Positions 25,081-35,805 of a DNA stretch of 42,132 nucleotides are shown in pieces; the first letter of the stretch is position 1; each line of letters starts with the position of its first letter. Made by a program: the position numbers and the translations under genes. The notes beneath the pieces were generated by a model, which did no database searches, was not told where the DNA came from, and worked only from the letters and a program-made list of their open reading frames with translations. Location: positions 1 to 42,132 of the forward strand of contig QPGO01000370.1 of assembly GCA_008632985.1 (NCBI GenBank). Reading direction: 5' to 3'. Origin of the DNA: Psammoneis japonica (taxonomy: Eukaryota).

Positions 25081-25640
25081 GGTTGAGGGGGGAGAAAACA
25101 CTGAAAACCACGCTGCAATCTGTTTTGTGAGAGTTGTGAGTTGTGAGACGATGGCGGGTACGAAGTGGGCAAAGTTTTTGTTTTTTCACAAAAAATGTTG
25201 ATAAATTTTGAAACATTTATATGACCTTCAGAAGAGTATGATTCGCAAAAATTTTAAAATCAATGATATAATTAAGCGCTAAATACCCAATAATAAAATT
25301 TCAACTATCAAACCACATACCGTATCAAAAATTTTTATCATATACTCAAATATGAACGTGTAGATACTAATCAAATATGGAAAATGCATTTATTAACAAT
25401 TGTTAACGACTAAGAATCTTAGATGCTGTATGTCGGAAGTCATAACTCACATAAGAACGTCAAATTTTAAAAATTGAGAAACAAAAAAATGAGTCGTACT
25501 ACTGACACTGCGAAAGTAAAAATTTGTAAAGCGCTGCCAGTCGTGGGAAAGCAATTTCTTTCTCGCAACAACCGCTTCCATCGTGCCGCTTCTCACTTTT
25601 TCTTGTTAAAAAGAATCACACCCCAACCCTGTTTCCAACC
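25081..25640. promoter_or_regulatory. AT-rich 560-bp intergenic region between divergent genes; candidate bidirectional promoter
   Basis: Head-to-head ATGs at 25080 (-) and 25641 (+). By eye, the most AT-rich stretch of the window. No specific motif identified. Confidence 0.5.
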
Positions 25641-26708
25641 ATGCGTGTTTCTACCTGTGTTTTCTTTGGTGTTGCCAGTCTGCTCGATTGGCAGAATGGA
25701 GCCTTGGCGATTGCCAATCCTTCGGGAGAAGAAGCGGTCGAAAAGGTGGAGGACCCGGAGCAAAAGTTTGTGTTGAAGCCGGATGCGAGCCTTTTAGACT
25801 ATCTGGACCCCTCCCTGTTTGAAGATCCATCGGTTTTGAAAGAAGTCAAGGAAACCCTTCGTAGAGGAAGCCTCGTTGTTCTCAAGGATGCGTTTATTCC
25901 AGAGTTTGCTGAATATGCGTGGTCCTCTTTTAGTCGAGATGATCTCGAATGGGAGCCGTTTGTGTCTATCAAACCTAATGGCCACAACTTTCTAAAGCAC
26001 AGACCGGTCTCGAAAGATAAAGAGGAGGTGTTTAAACAAGTTTCAGATGTCTTCAAGCACAAGGACTCGAGGAAGTTCATGTCTTCTCTTTCAGGCAGAA
26101 ATTGCCATTCCAGCAACATTTCTACTTTGTTGAGCTGGTATAAGCCGGGAGATCACAGTAATCCACACAGTGATAGACTGGGAAAAAGAACTGTGACGTT
26201 TCTTTGGCAGCTATCCAAAGATTGGGATCCAGCTTGGGGTGGTGCCTTTTATTGGAACAATGCATTCTTTCAAAACGCTTACCAGCACGCCTCGTTTAAC
26301 ACGCTCCTCCTGTTCCCCATAACGGCCACGTCAACTCATGCGGTCACCCCAGTCTTGCCTGCTTCGGAAGGTTACAAACGGCTAACCTTTTGTGGTTGGT
26401 ACAATGCCAAAATAACTCGAGACGAATGGGATACTGTGCATGATCCTTTGGAACTCATGTATGCCACCCCTGAGGATCGATCCGACTTGACATATGAAGA
26501 GGCAAAGCGAATTGTGGCGATGGATCTTTCCGAGGTCAAGGACGAGGCTCGCCAACAGAAACTTGATGCTCTTAAGGACGACATTCTGGATGAAGCTATT
26601 CATCCCTTATATGAAGATGCTATTTATGTGTTGGGTTTTCCTGAGGAGAACCACGACCTTGAGAAAAAGGAAGGGCTGTCGGAGGGACAACAACAGAGAA
26701 CCTCTTGA
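25641..26708 (+). CDS. 2-oxoglutarate/Fe(II)-dependent dioxygenase (prolyl-hydroxylase-like fold) with probable signal peptide
   Basis: Intact 355-aa ORF. SWYKPGDHSNPHSD (HxD), LSKDWDPAWGG, FNTLLLF, STHAVTPV (distal His), KRLTFCGWY (2OG-binding Arg). N-terminus MRVSTCVFFGVASLL...ALA. Confidence 0.92.
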   Translation: MRVSTCVFFGVASLLDWQNGALAIANPSGEEAVEKVEDPEQKFVLKPDASLLDYLDPSLFEDPSVLKEVKETLRRGSLVVLKDAFIPEFAEYAWSSFSRDDLEWEPFVSIKPNGHNFLKHRPVSKDKEEVFKQVSDVFKHKDSRKFMSSLSGRNCHSSNISTLLSWYKPGDHSNPHSDRLGKRTVTFLWQLSKDWDPAWGGAFYWNNAFFQNAYQHASFNTLLLFPITATSTHAVTPVLPASEGYKRLTFCGWYNAKITRDEWDTVHDPLELMYATPEDRSDLTYEEAKRIVAMDLSEVKDEARQQKLDALKDDILDEAIHPLYEDAIYVLGFPEENHDLEKKEGLSEGQQQRTS

Positions 26709-27755
26709 AACGTTTCATTGAGTCTTTAACTTTTCACGTACGAGTGTAACTCTATAGCGCCAGACCTACATACTTTCTTTGTTCTTCTGGATGTCCTGCG
26801 AGGACGATTAAACTCACTTAATGTGTTACCGTGCATGGGAATGAATCAGGGTGAATGGCAAAACTGCAATGCACAACTTGAAATCGGGACCAAGAGTGGT
26901 GAATTTCTGTTGCATTGATGGCAACTTTGCCAGGCCAAGGCAATCAGCAACAGAAAGATTGAGGTTTAGATGATGCAAAGGGCCCTTTAGGATTGAAATC
27001 CTTTGGACAGGAGTGCTCATGTTTCTCCCGCATCTTCTCCATTCTCCCGCATCTTTGGCATTGAAATGCTGTGGACAGGAATGCTCATGTTTCGGCATAT
27101 GTCCGGTCACGCAGGTAGCTCCGAGTTTATGAAAAAAAAGAGAGGAAAAGGAGGAGGGGAGGAGAAAACGCCATGCGTTCAATTCGCACGTACGATGGAC
27201 AGACGTTTTGCGACATTCATGCTGCTGCGACAAAAACAAACCAACCATGATGCGGCAATGACCGATGTTTGATCTTGCCACCAAACCTTTTCCTGCCAAA
27301 AATGTCAATGCATGACATCCACATTTTGCTGTGACAAGTGTGTCAATTGCAAGAGACACAAGAGAAAACCCCCAAAAATGAAGAACAAAAGCTCCTTCCT
27401 GCGGCTGTGCCGCTGCCCAGACTGCACATTTTCACAACTTGCACAGCAACAGCCAATGTTCTGTTTTTGCTGCCAAACCTTTCCTGCCAAAATTGCTGAT
27501 GATCAGCATGCTGTGCTGTTTCTCTTTGGCAAGTGCACCAGCGAAAAGAGAGGCACAACAGGAAAAAGCCCAAGAAAGCAAAGCAAACGCAAAGGCCCTT
27601 TGCGTGGTTTTGCCACAAGACTCAGGCTCTCAGCTCTCACAGCTTGTGCACTTCAATTTAAGTTTGCACTTGACAGATTGAAGGCTGACTTTCAGCAATC
27701 AGGTGTCAGGTTCTGCTGTCACACTGTGCCTGTGAGCAGCAGCGCCAAGGTTGCT

Positions 27756-28031
27756 TGACAGAAATTGAAGGCAAATGGCAAGAATTCAAACAACAACTCC
27801 TTGCTGCTGTCTAAATGGCAGATGAGTCTCCGCTCAGAGACCGTCACAGGAGCCAAAAGACGTGTGAGTCGGCACAATCGGGCTGCTGTTGTTGTTCTTG
27901 TGAGCCTTGTGGCTCGAAAGCAAACTGCATCGCGCGCGAACGCGCGGAACTAAAGCACACAAAACTGTGCACGGCAAACCAAACAGCGCGCAACATTTCA
28001 CGCGCATCTAAATCCTGTTCAAATCCTGTCA
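27756..28031 (-). repeat. 3' LTR (276 bp) of the non-autonomous Copia element
   Basis: TG...CA ends, 6-bp terminal inverted repeat, adjacent PPT. Homologous to 31027-31305 and 39863-40138. Confidence 0.93.
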
Positions 28032-28704
28032 CTCCCCAGTTTGCTTGAGGAGTCACAGAAACAGATTTTGACTTCGGATTTACCAAAGAACTTTGGAGTC
28101 AAAGCACCAAAACATGAGGAGACAAGAAAGGATCAAGATCCGAGAGCAACGTTGCATTCTCCAAGTGGGTCATCTTGAGATGAGCTGCGTCTCCCCAATT
28201 GCAGATGCCGTTGTGCTTTTCAAAGCTCAAGGCACACTTGGGATCTTGTGGGATTCCACATCCGCACTTGCAATGGAAGGAGCAAAGCTTGGTCTGGTTG
28301 ACAATGTTGAACGGCGGGGTGACATTGCAGGGGCAATGCAAACAAGTTGACATTGCCTTCACTTCCTGAGCGAAGGTCATAAAGACTGATGGCCGTCTGT
28401 TGGTTCTTGGGATGGTTGCCACACTGGGCTGCTGCTAGAAAAACAGAGCAGTGCTCGTGCAGGGTGGCATGGCGTTTGCACGACTCGGGGAACAGAGCAA
28501 GCATGAGTTCAAAGGCACAAGCGGTGGTCTTGTGTTCCACCAATCCAATTGCAAGCTCAGCTGCATCTCCTGAGAGACTGATCCAATTGGAGAAACGAGT
28601 CTCAAGGTGCAAGCCTTCAGGGATCGGATTGGAGCAAGACATCTTGTGGTGCAAGGCTGCAGATGTCTGATTGGGGCAACCAGTCCCGTGCTGCAAGACT
28701 CATG

Positions 28705-29260
28705 GGATCCAAAAGGACTTGCCAGTCTTGTGACACGAGTCTTCGGGGATCCAATCAGGAGGCCAAGTCTTGAGGTGCGAGACTTGGGGGATCCAATCAG
28801 GAGGCCAAGTCTCGTGGCACAAGACTTGAGGGATCCAATCTGGAGGCCGAGTCTTGAGGCATGAGTTGTGGAGGATCCAATTGGGAGGCCCGGTCTTGAG
28901 GCACGAGACGTGGAGAGTCCAGTTGGGAGGCCTGGTCTCAAGGCACGAGACTTGGGGCATCCGATCAGGAGGCCCAGTCTCGATGTACGACACTTGGGGC
29001 ATCCAATCAGGAGGCCCAGTCTCGAGGCACGAGACTTGAGGCATCCAATCAGGAGGCCTGGTCTTGAGGTGTGAGACTTGGGACATCCAATCAGGAGACC
29101 TGGTCTCAAGGCACGAGACTTGGGGCATCCAATCAGGAGGCCCAGTCTCGAGGCACGAGACTTGAGGCATCCAATCAGGAGGCCTGGTCTCGAGGTGCGA
29201 GACTTGGAGCATCCAGTCAGGAGGCCTGGTCTCATGGTGCGATGCTTGGAGGATCCGAAG
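28705..29260. repeat. 42-bp tandem repeat (~13 units), each with an internal hairpin, inside the LTR element
   Basis: Unit ~CATCCAATCAGGAGGCCCAGTCTCGAGGCACGAGACTTGGGG, period 42 (GATCC at 28748, 28790, 28832). The minus frame reads (TRPPDWMPQVSCLE)n. Confidence 0.92.
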
Positions 29261-29667
29261 ACAACGAAGCTGCTTGGATGTCCTGAACTCCCGATCTGAT
29301 GAACCGGTTGAACTGTTGTGAACAGATTCAATGACGGGAAAAGGAGGCTCCCCATCAGGAGATGCGAGAAGCAAGTTGTCATCTCCATCACTTCCCAAAC
29401 GAAGACTGTGAAGGGTGACAGCGGTCAACACGTGGAGGTTGGCAGCACGTGGTTTGCGGGGTGCAAAGACTGCAGCTTTGGGAGCCATGGGTGGAGTGTC
29501 CCAACTGGTCTTTGAAGTGCGGGCCTGTGCAAGGGCTGCAATCCTGCACTGGGCCGAGGTTGCTTGCAGGCGGGTTGGTCAAGACATGCGGGGCGCGACT
29601 GACACCACTTCTGGGGGACACCTGAGTGGCGGCACAGTGCAAGGCTGGCGTCAAAATGGCACTGGGT

Positions 29668-30072
29668 TCACCTGGTTTGGATGGCAAGGGACTCGGCACA
29701 GGTGCCCAAGGGTGCTGCGCCAGTGGCTAGAGAGGTCAAGCAGTCCGGACCAAGGTGGCAGTTGCGAAATTCGTCGGGTGTGAGCAACTGGGGTTCATTG
29801 GTCACATCATCACCGTTGCAAACTTTGACAAAGTAGAAGCTGATCAAAGCTGCCAGGAGGTTTCTGTGGGTCCGTGGCAAAGGCACTGCATTGGCGCCAT
29901 CTCTGCAAGTGAGGGCGTCAATTTGGGTGGGCAAGAACGTGAACAATTCCTCACACGATTCAATCCCATTGATGGACAGGGCAGAACGAAGAGGGCTGTC
30001 ATCGTCTTGATTGAGCACAGTGCCCAGAATGCATTTGAAGCTTTCAGTTTGTTGCTGTCGCGTGAGAACCAT
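29668..30072 (-). pseudogene. Gag-like N-terminal region of the non-autonomous Copia element
   Basis: First ORF after the 5' LTR and leader: MVLTRQQQ...ILGTVLNQDDDSPLRSALSINGI...IDALTCRD...PLP. It resembles diatom Copia gag starts as I recall them. Expected Tyr positions appear as Cys/His. Confidence 0.6.
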
Positions 30073-31026
30073 GACGGAGGACGGTGCAGTAGAAACAAAA
30101 GACAGGAACCAATCTAGAGCGCGATCTTGACTCGGAGTTTTGACTTGGAACTTGGCTTGAAAAAGACTTGACTTGAGCTAGACTTGACTTGAAATCTTGG
30201 ACTATCCCAAAATCAGAAGTCGCCGGATTGTGCCATCCCGTTCGTTGTCAAGTGCTGAACTTCCCATCCGGTCCGTAGAGTTGTGCCGGCACGTCCGAAC
30301 CCGCAGCTGGCGGTGCTTTGGGTTGCTTGCGAGCGGAGCAGCGGGTTGCAAACCCCTGCAGGTGAGCTGACCAGAGGTGGACAAGACCCCCGAACCGTTC
30401 TTGTTTTGTGTCGGTTGGATTTCCCGATCAGGCTGGCCAGTTGACGCAGGCGTCAGGCGCTGTGGACGAACGAACAAACGCGGGAAAAACACCCTCGCCC
30501 CAACGCAGGCTGCAATCACGGCTGCTTGCTCTCACAGTCGTCCTCGTGGACCTGGTGGAACTGCAGAGCACCAGTGGTCTGGGGCAGATCAGGTGCAACA
30601 GACTCGGCGTGCTTGTAGAGTGGCAGCAAAGCCGCAGTCCAAAGAGTGGGTTCAAGTCCTTGGCCGTGAAGACATGTGTGTGTGCATGTCTTCAGCGACG
30701 AAGATCCTTGAATGTGCAGGGTTCTTGACCGTCAACCGTTGAATGGGCACATGAAGGGATGAGGATCAAGGATGGACTTGGACATGACCGTTGAATGCAT
30801 GTCTTCAGCGACAAAAGGCAGCACAATCAATCCAGACATCCAGCGGCAAGGAGACTTGACGGTGACGTTAACTTCCTGCCGATGCCTGGCATTGAATGCG
30901 CGTAGACTTGCCGATGTACGTAGAACATATACGGAGGTCCACGCAGAATTGAAATACCGTCGTCGGTAAATCAACGACGACGATGGCGGTTGCTCAATGG
31001 GTTGACAATGAGCAAGACTGTCAATC

Positions 31027-31305
31027 TGACAGAAATTGAAGGCAAATGGCAAGAATTCAAACAATGGCTCCTTGCTGCTGTCTAAATGGCAGATGAGTCT
31101 CCGCTCAGAGACCGTCACAGGAGCCGAAAGACGTGTAAGTCGGTATAATCGGGCTGCTGTTATTGTTATTCTTGTGAGCCTTGTGGCTCGAAAGCAAACT
31201 ACATCGCGCGCGAACGCGCGGAACTAAAGCACACAAAACTGTGCGCGGTAAACTAAACAGCGCGCGACATTTCGCGCGCATCTAAATCCAGTTCAAATCC
31301 TGTCA
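31027..31305 (-). repeat. 5' LTR (279 bp) of the non-autonomous Copia element
   Basis: TGACAG...CTGTCA followed by TSD TTGCT. Least mutated of the three LTR copies. Confidence 0.93.
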
Positions 31306-33499
31306 TTGCTTGGCAATCCAGCAGCCAGCTCTCTGTGAAAAATGGTTGCAAAAGGAAAGGATCTGCCTGCTGCAACACAAGAGACAAGCAATCAAGAGTG
31401 CATTTTCCTGTGGTTTGGTGTCAAAGGAAATGTGCTTGTTTGTGGTGCTGTGCTGGCAAGGCCAGCTGCGATGCACAGCCCAGCCAGCCAGCCACCGCCA
31501 GCACAGTGGGTGCTGGCCTCCTCTCATGATGTTGGCATTGGGCCACATCATGCAGCTGTGCCACTGCAGTCAAATGGCATTTCTGCCAGCTCTGCATGAA
31601 AAAACAAATTGCAAAAGGAAAGGAGCCATCTGCGGCACAAGAGACAAGCAGCCGCCAAGCTTCCCATGGTGGCGGGCTGCTTGAAGTGCTGCAGCAGCTG
31701 TGCTCTGTGCTGGCCATCCAACAGAGATGAGTGGACCACAACATTGGCTGCAAGATGAAAGGACTGTGTTGGTCACAACTGGCACCAAACAAGTGCAGGA
31801 AATTTTCCTTTCATCCGAGGAAATTTGGGGGCTGCTGAGAGAGGAGCCCCCCATGACCCAAAACCCCACTCATGCTCACATTTTGATTTCCCCCTCATTG
31901 GCTTGTTAAATGAAGAAAACAAAGAGGCTTTCCTCTTTTGTTTTGTTGCACAATGTGTGCCAGATTTGCCACACCAATTTGAGCTTTTGTGGGCTTGCTT
32001 GGAGCAGATTGCACTTGAAGAGACCACGGAAGCACATCTTTTTGTCCTTGAGAAAGTGCCTCCCAATGGTGTCTGCCTCACTCATTGAGTGCATTGCACA
32101 AAAAGAGGTGTTTTGGCAGCCACAGGCTCTGTGCAAATCAACTTCTAGATGAATGGTTCATGACGGTTGCAACCACGCATTGAATCACCAATTGTTTTTT
32201 CCTTTTCTTGTTTTCTTGCACTTCCTTGTCTAGGAAATTCAGCGCCAAATAAGGAATTCCCTGTGATCGAAAACCTGTGATGATGCGGTGATTGGCACGT
32301 TGACAATGATTCCGTCCGTGGCGTCGCCATCAAATTTGCACTGGAAAACCATGCAGGTTTCTGCTTGTCGCCATCAAAATGGAATTGTGTCGTTGTCAAA
32401 TTCCACACAAACCCTGGTGCATTTCCTGCACAGTTTGTAAAGAGCCACCTGCGCAGCTGGACGATTGCCCACATTTCTCCCGCATCTTCCTCGTTCTCCC
32501 GCATCTTCAGCATTGAAATGCTGTGGACAGGAATGCTCACATTTCTCCAGCATCGCAGTGCCCCGCACCGCACATCAGGGCAGCAGCAGTGCGGTGCAGA
32601 CAAAAACTGCTGTCCGTCGTCCGTCGTGTCGCAGAACACGCGTGAGGCGTTCCAGAGTTTGTTGTTGTTTCAACAACAGCAACAGAGTGACCTTGTCGGC
32701 CGAGGTTTTGGTGATTGCTGTCAGCAAGCAAGTGGTGAGCACATGAACATCTGTCCTTTGATGGACAGACTCAAGCTGATCAACGGCCCTTTTGTCATTT
32801 TCCCCACTCTGCAGCGGGGCGCAAAGATGCAGCGAGGCACGCAAGGAGAGATGTGTGTGGGCGAGAAGTTGGGGTGAGACCAGCAGCAAGCTTTGGATCA
32901 ATGAGCCATTGTTGTTGCAGCCTGCAGCTGCTGCAATGGCAAAGGCTTCACCAGAGCCAAGGACAGCACAGCAGCTCTCTTTGTCCTGCCACCCAGCAGC
33001 CCAAATGCACAATGCTTGCAAGCATTTCCACGTGGGAGGCTTGCCACAAGTCCTTGATGCCAGCTCCCATTGTGAAGTCAGCAGAGCATTTTGCCGCATT
33101 CTTTGGCAACAGCCTCTCCACTGAGGCTTGTTGTGCAGAGACGTTGAACTCCAAGGATTTTTGGCGGCTCTTGTTCCGAGCACCCCAGGGAATGCAAAGC
33201 TCCTTCGCCAGCTCCATGTCAACCTCAAAGCTCCCCTCAATCCTGAGAAGAAAGATGAAGATTGGGTCTTGAGTGGTCATGGCACTCATGTGATGGCAGC
33301 CAACCCACCCAGCTCACATCTCTCCAGTGCATCAATGACTCACCAGCAGCCGTGCTGGGCTGGGGTGACTCCGAGTTGCTCGTCAGCATTTCTGGCAGAC
33401 ATTGAGTTGCTGACCACTTTTCTCAATGCCAGCAAGCCCTGCACCACTTGCTGCACATCACCATTGTCCCATGTTTTTTGGCAGGAGTGGCCATTGCCA

Positions 33500-35600
33500 G
33501 CTGTTGTCACCTTGTGATCTGCGCTCTTCAAAATTGTGATGCTGCTGCTTTGGACTTGCCAGCTTGTTGGTGGCCTCAGGCAAGATGCAGTTTTCTGTGT
33601 TGGATGCCCTTGTTCAATCCAGGGTTGTGAGTTGGGCATCCTCAGCCAGCGCCATTGCTTGGGTGGCTCATGCCACTCAGCAACCCCATTGCCAGTGACC
33701 TGGTGGCAGCTGCCAGCCCTGGCAGCACCACCATGAGATCACATTGGGTGCAGCAATGGTGCCTGACACCACTTTTCATCATTTTCACCAGGAACTCACC
33801 CTCTTCAAAAATTTGGTTGAGGAACATGGTGGGGCAGTCCTGGCTTGGGTGTTTGTGGCATGATGCTGAATGCCTCTGAACCCTGCCTTCTGGGATGGTT
33901 GACACCAATGGCAACCTTGTCATCATGTGCACCACATGGCCAGTGGCCACCTGCAAGGAAATGCTCAAACAGTTCTCAAGTGCAGTGCCAAAATGTCTCT
34001 GATTGACCACATGCTCAACAATGTGCACAGGTGTGGCATCAGCTTCCCATTGTCCACCTGCCAGATTCAGTGCTTTGGAAAGTTGCAATTGACTGCTGCA
34101 CACTCCTTGGAGGCTTGCAGCATCTTTGCCTGTTTTCCCAAGAAGATGTCAGCCTCCAACCCTCAAGACATCATGTCCTTCCACATGAAGACCAAGGACG
34201 CAAAGCACTCTTCTCTTGTGAGCTGTGACGAACTTGGCATTTGTTGCATTCTCAAGTGCATCAACAAGATGCACTGTTGGCCACAGTCTGAGCTCCAGGC
34301 CTGTTTGTTGTGCAGCAAGAGAAGGAAGACCATGGGCAGTGTCTCACCACAATGAACACTGTGAAGGAACTGCACATGGAGTGTGGTGTGGCTCCTCCCT
34401 TGCACTTGTGTCATCCAAAGACACTGGTGCATTGCAACAAAACCATCATGATGCACAATGGGGGTCAAGGTTCTTTGGCACTTGCCAAAAACATTGGCTG
34501 GCAAGGTGCCCATGATGGCATCAAGCATGGTTGCAAGTTTGGCCCTGTGCCCAAGAAGACATCCACCAGTGTGGTGTTGTGCCAGAAGCCTGCCAACTGC
34601 TGTGACATTGTGGGCTTCACTGTCAGTCAACAGTCAATCAAATGGAGTCCAATGCTCCAGCAACAATGACAGACACATGACACAGCTGACCTGGCATTCT
34701 CCAAGCCACTTGGACGCCAAAGTCCAAATCTGCTCCCCATCAGCCCAATCCTGTTTTCATCAATGCAACAATTGACAACTCAACTGCCACCGGAATTGTG
34801 TGGGTGAGATGGCACCTTTAACTCCCTTGATGGGCTGCACCTTTTTGCTGATGCTGCCCACCCAGATTGCAACAACAAGTTTGGGAACACATTCCATTTC
34901 AAGATCATGCCCAATGTGCCCATTGTTCAGTCACGGATGTTGAGTGTAACTGTGTCTTTCACACCAACAAGAAGAGCAGCCAAAACAGAAAGGTGTGTTC
35001 CCTCTCTGCTGTCCAGCCTGTCCCTGAGACTGGCAAGCTGAAGCAGCATGGCATCAAATCTCACATGAGAAAGGTTTGCAATGATCTGTTCAAAAACTAA
35101 AAGATGACTTGGCATCATCACAAAACATTCTAAATCATGCCATTGTGTTGCTTCCACATGGCTGGCTCTTGCTCTCCAGGCATCTGGTCCTTCATGAGGC
35201 TCATCTCCGGGACCTCAGTGAAAGTGCAACAAAGCAATGCCAAGGTCATGTGTGCATTTGGCAAGGCCTTGCTCACTCTGCAGGCATCATTGTCACAATC
35301 TGGTTGCAACTTTGCCATGTTCATGATGTGACTGCCAGGATTTGGAAGGAGTTTGGAAAAGGCATCATTTTGACTCAACATGGACCAAAACAATTGGTGT
35401 GAATTGTTTTGCCTCAAAGCCATGGCCAAAACTAATTCCCACATTTTTGACAATTCCAAACAGCTTTGGCCCATTGCTTGTCTTTTCTGCAGCAGCTTTT
35501 GTGGATTCATCACTGCTTGTGTCAATGCAAGTCATTGTTGCGCCATCTCGACTGCATTTGGGAACTTCTTGCTAAAAATCATTTGCAGCAGTTTGACCTT
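33500..35600 (-). mobile_element. Decayed non-LTR retrotransposon (LINE) reverse-transcriptase region
   Basis: Minus-strand remnants in the expected order: KLLPNPGS (~35340), KDQMPG (~35185), CDDAKSS..(D)RII resembling NDAKSCYDRI (~35085-35125), DSEAHNVTAVG resembling EA(H/R)KTLGV (~34600). Heavily disrupted, boundaries approximate. Confidence 0.5.
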
Positions 35601-35736
35601 GAGTCTCGTCACATGATCCCAACCACATGTGAATGTCCAGGTGTTGCTCCAAAATGGCCTTGCAAATGCCATGATGACAATGTGGTTGACATGGACATGG
35701 TGACAGAACCAACAAGAACAAAGCTCAGTTCAAGTG

Positions 35737-35737
<1 letters not shown>

Positions 35738-35803
<66 letters not shown>
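35738..35803 (+). repeat. (CAA)22 microsatellite
   Basis: 66-bp perfect CAA run flanked in register by TGA/CAA units. Confidence 0.95.

Positions 35804-35805
<2 letters not shown>

Larger units (their letters stand above)
27756..31305 (-). mobile_element. Complete non-autonomous Ty1/Copia (CoDi-like) LTR retrotransposon, 3550 bp, 5-bp TSD TTGCT
   Basis: Two LTRs with TGACAG...CTGTCA ends. TTGCT at 27751-27755 and 31306-31310. PPT-like TGGGGAG (minus strand, 28032-28038). Gag-like N-terminus present. A pol remnant at 28099-28330 joins the pre-RT segment directly to the RNase H end. Confidence 0.93.

Noticed and set aside
28705..29260. CRISPR-like array (palindromic repeats)
   Set aside because: Units are contiguous with no unique spacers, there are no cas genes, and the context is a eukaryotic LTR element.
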